A DNA stretch of 64,000 nt from Candidatus Accumulibacter proximus (GTDB lineage Bacteria > Pseudomonadota > Gammaproteobacteria > Burkholderiales > Rhodocyclaceae): positions 94,822-158,821 of the forward strand of contig JADJMH010000016.1 in assembly GCA_016709675.1 (NCBI GenBank), given 5' to 3'. Made by a program: the position numbers and the translations under genes. Of this stretch, positions 43,110 through 53,449 are shown in pieces (position 1 is the stretch's first letter; each line of letters begins with the position of its first letter). The notes under the pieces are model-generated. The model was given only the letters and a program-made list of their open reading frames with translations, made no database searches and was not told the origin of the DNA.

Positions 43110-44904
43110 TCAGAACATGTCTTCGGGCAGCGCCAGCACGCCCTCAGCACCGTCGGTCACGCTACTCGCCAGGCCCCTGGCCTGCGACAGCACGTGGTCC
43201 GCATAGAAGCGCGTGGTCACGACTTTTGCCTTGTAGAAGGGATCCTTGTCGCCACCATCGATCTTTGCTTGCGCGACCAGCGCCGCGCGCGCCATCTGCC
43301 ACCCGCCGGCAACGATGCCGAGCAGCGTCAGGAAGGGAACGGCACCGGCCGATGCGGCACGAACGTCGGCGCCATAAGTGGCGACCAGCCACTCACCGGC
43401 TTCTGCCAGCGCATCGATGCCAGCCGAGAAGCGGCTGCGAATGGCAGTGAAGTTCGCCCCATCCTGCTTGGCCAGATCGGCGTCGAGGGCACGCATCGCG
43501 TTAATCACCGACTTGAGGGTGGCACCACCCTCGCGTGCCATCTTGCGGCCGATCAGGTCGTTGGCCTGGATGCCGGTGGTTCCTTCGTAGATCGTCGAGA
43601 TCTGTGCATCACGCAGGTGCTGCGCAGCGCCGGTCTCTTCGATATAACCCATGCCGCCATGCACCTGCACCCCGATCGAGGCAATGGTCACCCCGGATTC
43701 CGTGCTCCAGCCCTTGACCACCGGGATCATCAGATCGACGAAGGCCTGATTGCGCTTGCGCACCTCGCTGTCCGGATGGCGGGTGGCGGCGTCGTGGGCG
43801 GCTGCCACCACGTAGGCGAGGGCCCGCGTGGCCTCGGCGCGTGATTTCATGATCATCAGCATGCGACGCACGTCGGGGTGATTGATGATTGCCACTTTGG
43901 CGCCGCCGCGCACGCCGATGTCGGTACACTGGATGCGGTCGCGCGCGTAGTCCCTCGCCCGCTGATAGGCCCGTTCGCAAGCTGCAACCCCTTCCAGTCC
44001 GACACCGAAGCGAGCCGCGTTCATCATGATGAACATGTACTCGAGACCCCGATTCTCCTCGCCGACGAGGTGGCCTACCGCGCCGCCGTGGTCGCCGAAG
44101 GCCATGATCGCGGTCGGGCTGGCGTGAATGCCAAGCTTATGCTCGATCGACACACAATAGGCGTCGTTGCGGTCACCCAGGCTGCCGTCGTCATTGACCA
44201 TGAACTTTGGCACCACGAACAGCGAAATGCCCTTGACCCCCTCGGGTGCGGTCGGCGTGCGGGCCAGAACGAGGTGGATGATGTTCTCCGCCATGTCGTG
44301 CTCGCCGTAGGTGATGAAGATCTTCTGGCCAAAGATCCGGTAGCTGCCATCAGGCTGCGGCTCGGCGCGGTGTACGCACGGCGGCAAGATCGGAACCGGC
44401 GTTCGGCTCGGTGAGGTTCATCATCCCCGTCCATAAACCGCTGACCATCTTGTCGAGGTAAGTCTTCTTCAAGTCGTCGCTGCCCGACAGCACCAGTGCC
44501 TCAATGGCACCGGTCGTCAGCAGCGGGCACAGCGAAAAGGAGTGGTTGGCCGACTTCCACATTTCCCCGACGGCAGCCGCGACCACCTTGGGCAGCCCCT
44601 GGCCACCCCACTCTGGCTCGCAGGCCAGCGCCGTCCACCCACTGTCGGCGAACAGTTGGTAGGCTTCCTTGAATCCGGCCGGCATCGTCACGGCCTTGTC
44701 GTGCCATCTGGCCCCTTCCTGGTCGCCCGGCCAGTTGAGTGGCGACAAAACCTCTTCGGCGAACTTCGCCGCTTCCTCGAGCACCGCATCAACCAGGTCG
44801 AGCGTTGCTTCTTCGCAACCCGGCAACTGGGCCACATCTTCCACCCCGGCGAGTTCCTTGAGCACAAACCGCATGTCACGGATCGGGGCAACGTATTCAC
44901 TCAT
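43110..44904 (-). CDS. Acyl-CoA dehydrogenase (~600 aa class), frameshifted near 44371
   Basis: EWGGQGLP, MNLTEP.AGSDL, then G.KIFITYGEHD, EHKLGIHASPT, QVHGGMGYIEE, IYEGTTGIQA; one extra base at CGT ACA CCG CGC. Confidence 0.92.
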
Positions 44905-44922
44905 GTGCTTCTCCTTTTATGG

Positions 44923-46359
44923 CTACTGTGGAAACCTCCGGGTAGCTTCGCGGGCTCCCGAAAGGTCAATCAAGAACAACACTTCCTCGACGATCGGCAA
45001 GGTGAAGCCGCTGCGCTGTCCATCACGGTTGTCACGCAGCAGTTTCTCGAGATAGCCGGGACACTCCGGCCTTCCCCAGAGAGCTATGATCTGATCGCGA
45101 ATCCGCGGAATCTCTTCCAGCGTCATTGCCTTTCCGGGTGCCCCCTCAACCGGTAAAGGACCGAGTCCCTCGCCGGCCTCTCCACCACTCCAACGAATGA
45201 CTTCGACGTTGAAGTTCCGGTTCAGCTTCAAGGTCAATGCTTCGAATTCCTTGCGCAGGCCGTTGCGCTCGTAAATCTGCAACAGCCGGAGCCAGGGTCG
45301 CAATGACTCCTGCGGCATATCTGCGAGATATTCCTCCAGCGTACTCGCCGCTCCGCTCACGCGACCGAAGGAGAGCATGATTTCAGCCAGCTCGAGCGAG
45401 GGAGCGGCGCCGGCAATTTCTGGCCCGGTGTGCGAGGTCAGCGAAGCCGGGGCCGGGACGTCAGGCGGCTGCGGAACCGGCGCCGGTGGCACGCTCGGCG
45501 TCGGTTCCTGCCCCTGCTCTCGAGGCCTGATGGCGTCAGCCGCCACCTGTGACGTGCCAAAGAAGTCACGGTCACTCGCATCCGGCACCGCGAAAGCGGC
45601 GGGTCTGCGAGCGCCACCTTCTACGGCGAGACCACGGCGGCGGAGCATCAGAAGGAACACCAGCACCGCCACCGCTGCAAGCCCGGCAAACAGCAGCCAC
45701 GGGTCAGACTCCGCCGCAACCGCGGCCAGTTGATCGAGTACGGCTGGCTGCGCAGCCGACTGGCCAGCTAGCACCGCTGTCGCGGGGGAAGTCAGTGGCT
45801 TATCCGGGGCCGGGGGTGACAACGCGGAAGCAAGCGGATTCGTCGCAGCCTTGGCCGCAGCGGGAGCCAAAACACCGCCCGGACCGGGCGGCGGAGTCGA
45901 CGGAAGTGCCGCCGCGACACCTTCCAGCCGCTCCCCTGCCCTCTTGAGTTCGGCGACATTTGCTTCCAGCCAGGCAAGCTTCTCGCTCAGGGCTTGTGGA
46001 TCATCATTCGCTTCATTGAGCATCTCCAGCGTGCGACGTTCCAGACGCAACAAGTCACGACCGAGCACACTGCTTTGCCCAGCGGTGGCCATTTCCTCGC
46101 TCAAGCGCAACGATGTTGCCTTTTCAGCGGCCGCGTTGCCCGCTGCCGTTGGCTCCAGACGCCTGGCTGCCGGCGGTTGGCTGGCCGCCGCTGGCGCTGC
46201 CGTTCCGCGGCGCGCAGAGGACGGAGGCGTCTCCGCCTGCTGTTGAACTCGTGAGCTGCTGTGAATCTCGCCGAGGACGATCGCACTTAGCTCAGGCGCG
46301 GCAAAAGACAACAACAAGGCTGCACCAATCAGCAGCAAAACGGAGGTTTTCGATGCCAT
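44923..46359 (-). CDS. FimV-like membrane protein
   Basis: Signal peptide then .LGEI, coiled coil, Pro/Ala linker, one TM helix, C-terminal LELAEIMLSFGR helical region. Confidence 0.6.
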   Translation of the reverse strand: MASKTSVLLLIGAALLLSFAAPELSAIVLGEIHSSSRVQQQAETPPSSARRGTAAPAAASQPPAARRLEPTAAGNAAAEKATSLRLSEEMATAGQSSVLGRDLLRLERRTLEMLNEANDDPQALSEKLAWLEANVAELKRAGERLEGVAAALPSTPPPGPGGVLAPAAAKAATNPLASALSPPAPDKPLTSPATAVLAGQSAAQPAVLDQLAAVAAESDPWLLFAGLAAVAVLVFLLMLRRRGLAVEGGARRPAAFAVPDASDRDFFGTSQVAADAIRPREQGQEPTPSVPPAPVPQPPDVPAPASLTSHTGPEIAGAAPSLELAEIMLSFGRVSGAASTLEEYLADMPQESLRPWLRLLQIYERNGLRKEFEALTLKLNRNFNVEVIRWSGGEAGEGLGPLPVEGAPGKAMTLEEIPRIRDQIIALWGRPECPGYLEKLLRDNRDGQRSGFTLPIVEEVLFLIDLSGAREATRRFPQ

Positions 46360-46402
46360 CAGCAAAGCTCACCCTGTCGTTGACAATATTTCTGCGGGAA
46401 CG

Positions 46403-47068
46403 TCATTTTCTTCCGAGAAACTGCGCATCTTCAAAATCCGCCAGCAACTCCGGCCGATAGACAGCAAACAGCGTGCTCAACATGCCCGACAACCAGGCCT
46501 CGGAGAAGCCGAGCAGAACAAAGTACGGCAGGTACTCACTGGCCAGATACTCCCTATCGTATGCTCCCGCAAGTATCAGTAGCACGCTGGCGAGCACTCC
46601 GACAGCCATCACCGCCAGCGCCGAGGCAAAGAAACCCTTGCAAAAAATATAGACGAACAGGTGCCTTGGTAGCACCCGATCGACCAGTCGATGAAGGCCA
46701 TGACTCGCCGCCACGCCGACTCCCGCCATCAGCAAGGCGTTGACAGCAAATGCCTCGAAGCCGGCTGCTCCGTTCAGAGTCACGCCGACCAGGACCGCGC
46801 AGAGGCCGACAAAGGCGAGGGCCCAGCCAAAGCACAAGGTGAAGACCGTCGCACCAAGCAGGTGCAGCGCAAGTCCCGGCTTGATCCCGGCCTTCAGGTG
46901 CCAGAGCAGGATCAGTCCGACAATCATTGCCAGAAAGGCATTCAGACGTCGACTGTCAGCCAGCACGTGCCACGGCGCGTACCTCGCCGCCAGGGACGCC
47001 GACATGGCGAACAAGCACCAGCCGAGAACGGTCCAGTGACCGTCGATCAGGCCATCGGGCAGGTTCAT
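46403..47068 (-). CDS. CbiM/NikM-like energy-coupling factor permease
   Basis: MNLPD start, HLLGAT, multiple TM helices, F.EAWLSG...VYRP. Confidence 0.8.
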   Translation of the reverse strand: MNLPDGLIDGHWTVLGWCLFAMSASLAARYAPWHVLADSRRLNAFLAMIVGLILLWHLKAGIKPGLALHLLGATVFTLCFGWALAFVGLCAVLVGVTLNGAAGFEAFAVNALLMAGVGVAASHGLHRLVDRVLPRHLFVYIFCKGFFASALAVMAVGVLASVLLILAGAYDREYLASEYLPYFVLLGFSEAWLSGMLSTLFAVYRPELLADFEDAQFLGRK

Positions 47069-47092
47069 GCTGCCGGGCTTCCCTGGCGTGGC

Positions 47093-48022
47093 TCAGCCGA
47101 GTTCCGCCTGCAGCGCCGGCAGGACTTCGAAAAGGTCACCGACCAGGCCATAATCGGCGACCTGGAAGATCGGTGCTTCGGCGTCCTTGTTGATCGCGAC
47201 GATCACCTTGCTGTCCTTCATCCCGGCCAGGTGCTGTATGGCCCCCGAAATGCCGACCGCGATGTAGAGCTGCGGCGCGACGATCTTCCCCGTCTGGCCG
47301 ACCTGGTAGTCATTCGACACGTAACCGGCATCGACCGCCGCACGCGACGCGCCCAGGGCGGCGCCGAGTCTGTCGGCCAGCGGCTCGAGCAGGCGGTGAA
47401 AGTTTTCGCCGTTGCCCATGCCGCGACCGCCCGAGACGATGATCTTGGCAGCGGTCAGTTCGGGTCGCTCCGATTTGCTCAACTCGCGACCCACGAGCTT
47501 GTTCTGAGCGAGATCGGGGCCGGCGCCCAGGCTCTCGATGCGCGCGCTACCACCGTCGCCGGCCGCCTCGAAGGCCGTCGCCCGCACCGTGATGACCTTG
47601 ACCGGGTCAGCCGACTGCACGGTGGCGACGACGTTGCCGGCATAGATCGGGCGGACGAAGGTGTCGGCCGATTCGACGCCGATGATCTCGGAGATCTGTG
47701 CCACATCGAGCAGCGCGGCCACGCGCGGCATGAAGTTCTTGCCGCTGGTCGTCGCTGCCGCAAGCAGGTGAGTATGGCTTGCCACATTGGCCACCACCAG
47801 CGCCGCCAGGTTCTCGGGTGACTGATCGGCGTAGTGCGGCGCGTCAGCGACCAGTACCTTGCTCACGCCGGTCAGCCCGGCAGCGGCATCGGCTGCCGCG
47901 GCACAAGCGCTGCCGGCCACCAGCAGGTGAATCTCCCCGATCTTCGTCGCCGCGGTGACGGCGTTGCGTGTCGCCGCCTTGATCGAGGTATGGTCGTGTT
48001 CAGCAATAACGAGAATGGCCAT
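47093..48022 (-). CDS. etfA: Electron transfer flavoprotein alpha subunit
   Basis: [41 protein letters not shown]. Confidence 0.96.
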   Translation of the reverse strand: MAILVIAEHDHTSIKAATRNAVTAATKIGEIHLLVAGSACAAAADAAAGLTGVSKVLVADAPHYADQSPENLAALVVANVASHTHLLAAATTSGKNFMPRVAALLDVAQISEIIGVESADTFVRPIYAGNVVATVQSADPVKVITVRATAFEAAGDGGSARIESLGAGPDLAQNKLVGRELSKSERPELTAAKIIVSGGRGMGNGENFHRLLEPLADRLGAALGASRAAVDAGYVSNDYQVGQTGKIVAPQLYIAVGISGAIQHLAGMKDSKVIVAINKDAEAPIFQVADYGLVGDLFEVLPALQAELG

Positions 48023-48024
48023 GG

Positions 48025-48774
48025 TCAGATCACCTTTGCTTCAGTCTTGAGTTTCATCACCAGATCGGACGCATCAGCCACCTTGATGCCTGCCGTTCGC
48101 TTCGGCGGTTCGGCGACCTTGAGTGTCTTCAGACGCGGCGAGACATCGACACCCAGCGTCGCCGGGTTGGTCGTCTCGAGCGGCTTCTTCTTGGCTTTCA
48201 TGATGTTCGGCAGCGTCGCGTAGCGCGGTTCGTTGAGCCGCAGGTCGACCGTCAGAACGGCTGGCAAGGGCACCTCGACGGTCTCCAGACCCCCGTCAAT
48301 CTCGCGCGTGACGGTCGCCAGCTGCCCTGCGGTGACGATCTTCGAGGCAAAGGTCGCCTGCGGCCAGTTCATCAGGCCGGCCAGCATCTGTCCGGTCTGG
48401 TTGGCATCGTCATCGATCGCCTGCTTGCCGCACAGTACGATCTGGGGCTGCTCCTTCTCACATACCGCCTTGAGCAGCTTGGCGACCGCCAGCGGTTGCA
48501 GCTCGACATCGGTCTGGATCAGGATGCCACGGTCGGCACCAATCGCCATCGCCGTGCGCAGCGTCTCCTGGCAGTTGGCAATGCCCGCCGAAACAGCGAT
48601 CACTTCCGTGGCGATACCGGCTTCCTTCAGACGCACCGCCTCCTCAACCGCAATCTCATCAAAAGGGTTCATCGACATCTTCACGTTCGCCAGATCAACG
48701 TCACTCGCGTCAGGCTTGACACGCACCTTGACGTTGTAATCCACCACTCGTTTGACTGGAACGAGGATCTTCAA
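48025..48774 (-). CDS. etfB: Electron transfer flavoprotein beta subunit
   Basis: [42 protein letters not shown]. Confidence 0.96.
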   Translation of the reverse strand: MKILVPVKRVVDYNVKVRVKPDASDVDLANVKMSMNPFDEIAVEEAVRLKEAGIATEVIAVSAGIANCQETLRTAMAIGADRGILIQTDVELQPLAVAKLLKAVCEKEQPQIVLCGKQAIDDDANQTGQMLAGLMNWPQATFASKIVTAGQLATVTREIDGGLETVEVPLPAVLTVDLRLNEPRYATLPNIMKAKKKPLETTNPATLGVDVSPRLKTLKVAEPPKRTAGIKVADASDLVMKLKTEAKVI

Positions 48775-48833
48775 GTTTCTCTCCTTTTCACTACACAGTA
48801 ATCGACATCAAGCACGATGCAGACCGGCCGCGT

Positions 48834-48904
48834 TTGACATTGCTTAACTCTGGCCGGACAATAGACCATACTTACTGGTATGGGTAGCGTACGGTACCGT
48901 ATGG
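48834..48904 (+). promoter_or_regulatory. Sigma70 promoter and two tandem palindromic TetR operators
   Basis: TTGACA 48834, 17-bp spacer, GACAAT 48857; CCATAC-N6-GTATGG at 48866-48883 and GCGTAC-GGTACC-GTATGG at 48887-48904. Confidence 0.65.
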
Positions 48905-48990
48905 GGCCAAGGCTGTCAACGCTCTCGGCCGAGGCAGCAGCGCATGAGCCAGTAATATTGCCTCACCCGCGTGACTGAGGAAAGGACAAG

Positions 48991-49599
48991 ATGACGATGA
49001 AGCGCCAAGGCACAAGGCCGCGTGCCGCGCTGGACCGCAACGAGTGGATTCAGGCGGCGATCGAAGTGCTTGCAGAACAGGGTGTCCAGGGGATGAGAAT
49101 CGAGGTTCTGGCGAAGGACTTCGGTGTGACCAAGGGTAGTTTCTACTGGCATTTCAAGGATCGTCAGGATCTCTTCGACGCCGTTCTCCAGACCTGGCGG
49201 GATGGTCGCATCCGTGACATCGAGAAACAGAGCGTGGCGATCCCGGGCAGCGAGCAGGCGCAACTCCTGCATCTGATCGACGTCTATGGGGCCACTCGGA
49301 ACCGCAAGGGGATTTCGATCGAACTGGCAGTTCGCGAATGGGCCAGGCGGGACGCCCAGGCTGCAGCCGTTGTCGCGCAGGTCGACACATGGCGTCTCGA
49401 ATGTACGCGAAAGCTGTTTGTTGCCCTCGGCGTTTCAGAGGACGAAGCGAAAAGCCGCAGCCTGCTGCTCTACGCCTACGTTTTCGGGCAAAGCCTGATG
49501 GCCTGCGACAGCTACGATCCGCGAGTGAACGACTTCAAGCGCTGGATCGCCAAGCTGATCGTCAGACAGCAGCACGAAGCCCCGAATGGCCAGACCTGA
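48991..49599 (+). CDS. TetR/AcrR family transcriptional regulator
   Basis: [22 protein letters not shown]; divergent from etfBA. Confidence 0.93.
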   Translation: MTMKRQGTRPRAALDRNEWIQAAIEVLAEQGVQGMRIEVLAKDFGVTKGSFYWHFKDRQDLFDAVLQTWRDGRIRDIEKQSVAIPGSEQAQLLHLIDVYGATRNRKGISIELAVREWARRDAQAAAVVAQVDTWRLECTRKLFVALGVSEDEAKSRSLLLYAYVFGQSLMACDSYDPRVNDFKRWIAKLIVRQQHEAPNGQT

Positions 49600-49639
49600 G
49601 ATCGACCGAACAACCCTCTCTCGCGCTGGAGATCGCCGG

Positions 49640-51154
49640 ATGCCAGAAACCCCAACCAGCCAGCAGTTCGTTCTCGCTCTCGACCAGGGAACGACCAGTT
49701 CACGTGCCATGCTCTTCGGACGCGATGGCCGCATTCACGGCGTTGCCCAACAGGAGTACGCGCAGTACTACCCGCAACCCGGATGGGTCGAGCACGACGC
49801 GGACGAGATCTGGCAGACGCAGCTTGCCGTCGCGCGCGCCGTGCTCCGCGACCGCGGCATTCCGGCCAAGCAGATTGCCGCTGTCGGCCTGACCAACCAG
49901 CGCGAAACCAGCGTCCTGTGGGATCGCGCCAGCGGCGAGCCACTGCACCGCGCGATCGTTTGGCAGGATCGCCGCACGGCTGGGCTGTGCGACCAGCTCG
50001 CCGCAGCCGGTCATGCTGAGCTGTTCCGCGAGCGGACGGGCCTGGTCCTCGATGCCTATTTCTCGGGCACCAAATTGAAATGGCTGCTCGACCACATCCC
50101 CGGCGCGCGGGCGCGCGCCGAACGTGGCGAACTGGCGTTCGGAACGATCGACAGTTGGCTGGCCTGGAAGCTGTCCGCTGGGCGGGTACATGTTACCGAT
50201 CCATCGAACGCCTCGCGCACCCTGCTCTTCGACATCAGACGCCTCTGCTGGGATGACGAGTTGCTGGCCCTGCTCGACATTCCGCCCGCCGTACTGCCGC
50301 GGCTCGTCGACAGCAGCGGCCCGATCACGCCGCTCGCCAGTGATCTGCTCGGTGCGCCGGTCCCGCTGGCGGGCATCGCCGGCGACCAGCAGGCGGCCAC
50401 CTATGGCCAGGCCTGCCTCGAACAGGGTATGGCCAAGAACACCTACGGTACCGGCTGTTTCCTGATGATGAATACCGGCCAGCGAGCGATGAACTCGCAC
50501 CACCGCATGCTGACAACCATCGGCTGGCGGCTACAGGAGAAGACGACCTATCTTCTCGAAGGCAGCGTCTTCATGGGCGGCGCCATCGTCCAGTGGTTAC
50601 GAGATGGCCTCGGAATGATCTCCCGCTCCGACGAAATCGAAGCACTGGCCGCTTCCGTACCCGATAGTGGCGGCGTCTACCTGGTACCGGCACATACCGG
50701 CCTCGGCGCCCCCTACTGGGATCCCTACGCTCGCGGCGCCCTGCTTGGCATGACGCGCGGCACCAACCGGGCGCATGTCGCGCGCGCCGCGCTTGAAGCG
50801 ATCGCCTATCAGAGTGCCGAAGTCCTGAACGCCATGGAACTGGATTGCGGCGAGCACTTGCGCGAACTGCGCGTCGACGGGGGGGCCGCGGCGAACGACC
50901 TCCTGCTGCAGTTCCAGGCTGATCTGCTCGGCGTGCCAGTGGTGCGTCCGCGAATCACCGAGACCACTGCCCTCGGCGCGGCTTACCTGGCGGGACTGGC
51001 GGTCGGATTCTGGCGGGACGAGGCGGAGCTGACTTCGCTGTGGCACGCCGAACGCCGTTTTGAACCTGGCATGCCCGCCGAGCAACGCGCGACCCTGCTC
51101 GGCGGCTGGCGTCGTGCTGTCGAACGCTGTCGCCATTGGGTGGAGGCTGACTGA
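49640..51154 (+). CDS. glpK: Glycerol kinase
   Basis: [49 protein letters not shown]. Confidence 0.96.
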   Translation: MPETPTSQQFVLALDQGTTSSRAMLFGRDGRIHGVAQQEYAQYYPQPGWVEHDADEIWQTQLAVARAVLRDRGIPAKQIAAVGLTNQRETSVLWDRASGEPLHRAIVWQDRRTAGLCDQLAAAGHAELFRERTGLVLDAYFSGTKLKWLLDHIPGARARAERGELAFGTIDSWLAWKLSAGRVHVTDPSNASRTLLFDIRRLCWDDELLALLDIPPAVLPRLVDSSGPITPLASDLLGAPVPLAGIAGDQQAATYGQACLEQGMAKNTYGTGCFLMMNTGQRAMNSHHRMLTTIGWRLQEKTTYLLEGSVFMGGAIVQWLRDGLGMISRSDEIEALAASVPDSGGVYLVPAHTGLGAPYWDPYARGALLGMTRGTNRAHVARAALEAIAYQSAEVLNAMELDCGEHLRELRVDGGAAANDLLLQFQADLLGVPVVRPRITETTALGAAYLAGLAVGFWRDEAELTSLWHAERRFEPGMPAEQRATLLGGWRRAVERCRHWVEAD

Positions 51155-51155
51155 C

Positions 51156-51293
51156 CAGCGCCATGAGCGCAAGAGTCTGACGCTCACCGCCAACCCGCCA
51201 TTCTCTGGCTGGGATCAGGTCTTTTCGGATGCCGCCATGACCGTCGCTGCCGTCGATCGCCTGGTTCATCTCTCGACCGTTCTTGAACTCAAT
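51156..51293 (+). mobile_element. istB: IS21-family IstB ATPase C-terminal remnant
   Basis: RHERKSLTLTAN.PFSGWDQVF.D.AMTVAAVDRLVH.ST.LELN matches the IstB C-terminus. Confidence 0.75.
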
Positions 51294-51505
51294 CTACGAG
51301 CAAGCGGGCGTCATAGGTCCAGGGCCGAACGGCCGTTGCATCCACCTTCGCTGCGTCCGCATGACGGGGATTCAGCAGCACGTTGAACTCTTCGGGGACG
51401 ATCGCCGACGGCACCATCAGCAGAGCCGACAGCAAACCATCGAGCCATGCATCGCCAGCGTCTGCGGACACCAAACCCGCAGGCACGGCATTCCAGACCG
51501 CATAG
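51289..51505 (-). pseudogene. RES-domain toxin C-terminal fragment
   Basis: W.A.P....S...GDAWL....SALL.VPSAIVPEEFNVLLNP.H; N-terminal part replaced by unrelated sequence. Confidence 0.75.
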
Positions 51506-51644
51506 AGGTATGGTGACCCTTTTTTTTGCTCTTGTCCTGCTTGACCCCGCGACGTGTTCTTCCGCCGCCATTGACACACCTCTAGCCGTATACTGTTTTC
51601 CTCAGGACAGACAATGTCGTGCTGACAGCAACGGAGGTCGAACG

Positions 51645-51935
51645 ATGGATTCAACCGTGGAACAGACTTTGATTTCGCAGCTCAGAACGCTTGCGCCGCA
51701 GCAGGTGGCCGAGGTCGTCGACTTCGTGGAGTTCCTTGCTGCCAAGGCGAGCAAGCGCGCGGCATTGGATCGGCTGCTGGCCATCGCGCCTGCGCTGGAA
51801 GCGGCCGGCGTTCAGCCGGTGAGCGAGGAAGAAATCGCTGCCGAGGTCAAGGCCGCACGCGCCGAACGGCGCCGGCGGCCGGCAGCCTTGGCGGCGCAGC
51901 CCGCCGCCAGGGACTCTGGTGCGGATCGTCATTGA
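51645..51935 (+). CDS. Putative antitoxin (DUF2281-like)
   Basis: L..LAPQQVAEVVDFVEFL, S.EEIAAEVKAAR; overlaps the PIN gene. Confidence 0.7.
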   Translation: MDSTVEQTLISQLRTLAPQQVAEVVDFVEFLAAKASKRAALDRLLAIAPALEAAGVQPVSEEEIAAEVKAARAERRRRPAALAAQPAARDSGADRH

Positions 51936-52350
51936 CACGAACGTCGCGCTGTCGGCACTGCTGTGGCGCGGCACACCCTATCGGCTGCTGCGGGCCCTTC
52001 GCCAGCGCGGCGATTTGCAGCTCGTCAGCAGCCCCACACTGCTGGAGGAACTATCCGACGTGCTTGGGCGGCCGGTCGCAGCGAAGCGGCTGGCGATCAT
52101 CGGCATGACGGTGAAGGAGGTGCTGGCCGATTACGTTGAGGCTGTCGAATGGGTCGTGCCCACCGACGTGCCGCGCGTGGTGCTCGGCGACGCGGATGAC
52201 GATCACGTCATTGCCGCGGCGGTGGCCGGCAGCGCAACCTTGATCGTCTCGGGCGACCGCGACTTGCTCAGTATCGGCAGCTATCAGCGCATCGCCATCG
52301 TCTCGGCGCGGGATGTTCTTGCTCGGATTGATGCGAAAGGCAAGGCCTGA
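51919..52350 (+). CDS. PIN-domain toxin (VapC-like, PIN_3 type)
   Basis: MRIVIDTNV..SALL, L.EL..VL.R, D.DDDHVIAAA, IVSGD.DLL. Confidence 0.9.
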   Translation: MRIVIDTNVALSALLWRGTPYRLLRALRQRGDLQLVSSPTLLEELSDVLGRPVAAKRLAIIGMTVKEVLADYVEAVEWVVPTDVPRVVLGDADDDHVIAAAVAGSATLIVSGDRDLLSIGSYQRIAIVSARDVLARIDAKGKA

Positions 52351-52384
52351 GCCCGCGATCCCTTTGGTGTTGGAATGTTAGACG

Positions 52385-52560
52385 TGACCCCACTGTCCTC
52401 GCTCGACCCCTGTCCTCGACCCCTGTCCTCGACCCCTGTCCTCGACCCCTGTCCTCGACCCCTGTCCTCGACCCCTGTCCTCGACCCCTGTCCTTTCTGT
52501 CCTTTCTGACCCCACTGTCCTTTTCTGTCCTTTACTGTCCTTTACCACTGTCCTTTACTG
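52385..52560. repeat. Tandem repeat: 7 x CTCGACCCCTGTC (52402-52492) followed by CTGTCCTTT variants
   Basis: Read directly from the sequence; pyrimidine-rich on the + strand. Confidence 0.95.
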
Positions 52561-52583
52561 TTTGTCTGTTGTAATGTCAGACC

Positions 52584-52781
52584 TGACCCCCTCCTTTGTG
52601 ACCCCCTCCTTTGTGACCCCCTCCTTTGTGACCCCGTCCTTTGACCCCGTCCTTCGCTTGACCCCGTCCTTCGTCCTGACCCCGTCCTTCGTCCTTTCGT
52701 CTGCGTCCTTGCGTCCTTGACCCCGTCCTTGCGTCCTTGCGTGGTGACCCCGTCCTTGCGCTGATCCCGTCCTTGCGTCCC
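52584..52781. repeat. Tandem repeat: 3 x TGACCCCCTCCTTTG then degenerate TGACCCCGTCCTT units
   Basis: Read directly from the sequence; preceded by AATGTCAGACC, similar to AATGTTAGACG before the first array. Confidence 0.9.
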
Positions 52782-52818
52782 GCGCGATCCGTGGGCTTGG
52801 GATGCTCAGGACGCACCG

Positions 52819-52847
52819 CATTAAGGTACGCACAGCGTACCTTAATG
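52819..52847. terminator. Perfect 13-bp hairpin (REP-like / terminator) downstream of the eCIS operon
   Basis: CATTAAGGTACGC-ACA-GCGTACCTTAATG, 8 bp after the last stop codon. Confidence 0.6.
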
Positions 52848-52855
52848 GCTGTCAG

Positions 52856-53449
52856 TTATGTTTGTGGAAGTCCCCAGCCATTCTCAGCAAGAATTCTTTG
52901 TAAATAGGCTTTTCTCTTTTCTTCCAAATCACACTTCAGGGCGCTGTTGAGTAATCTTTCGGCCATATTACGTGGCAGCAGCGTTGCAGCAAACACGCCC
53001 ATTCTAAAAACATCGTCTTCTGTGGCGAGAAGCGCCTTTTGGATCTTATCGTCGTATTTTTCAACATCATAAGGGCACCCAAGCGCAACGTGTGAAAGAA
53101 CCGACGGTTTCTCTTGCCATCGGTGATTCGCATCATGTATTAACTTCTCGCATGTGACCGCACCCAAAAGCTGTGCCAACTCATCTGCAACGCTATCCAC
53201 GTTCTCGTCAAGCCGGCCGCGGATTTCTATATATGTGGCATCAATAACCAAGCTTGCCACCAAGAGAAGCTCGAAAGCAGTTGGGTCGCCAACGGACCAC
53301 CGATATGTGGAAACCTCCGGGTTGATCTGCTGCTCTAGATAAGTAATTGTGTCAGAGAGAAAAAACTCCAATACTTGATCAACAGAGGCAAGATCCAGTT
53401 GTGATATTCCTCGCTCAGCGCTCCCCAGAACTAGTGTTGTCTGTTTCAT
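52856..53449 (-). CDS. Hypothetical protein, putative immunity protein of the upstream effector
   Basis: 197 aa, AT-rich; its ATG overlaps the effector TGA (ATGA); no family recognised. Confidence 0.65.
   Translation of the reverse strand: MKQTTLVLGSAERGISQLDLASVDQVLEFFLSDTITYLEQQINPEVSTYRWSVGDPTAFELLLVASLVIDATYIEIRGRLDENVDSVADELAQLLGAVTCEKLIHDANHRWQEKPSVLSHVALGCPYDVEKYDDKIQKALLATEDDVFRMGVFAATLLPRNMAERLLNSALKCDLEEKRKAYLQRILAENGWGLPQT

Noticed and set aside
52385-52781. Possible CRISPR array
   Set aside because: Units are 13-15 bp and directly tandem, with no unique spacers and no cas genes in the window.
52555-52833. ORFs 52555..52833 and 52577..52816 with repetitive peptides
   Set aside because: They are translations of the tandem repeats, with no RBS or coding support.
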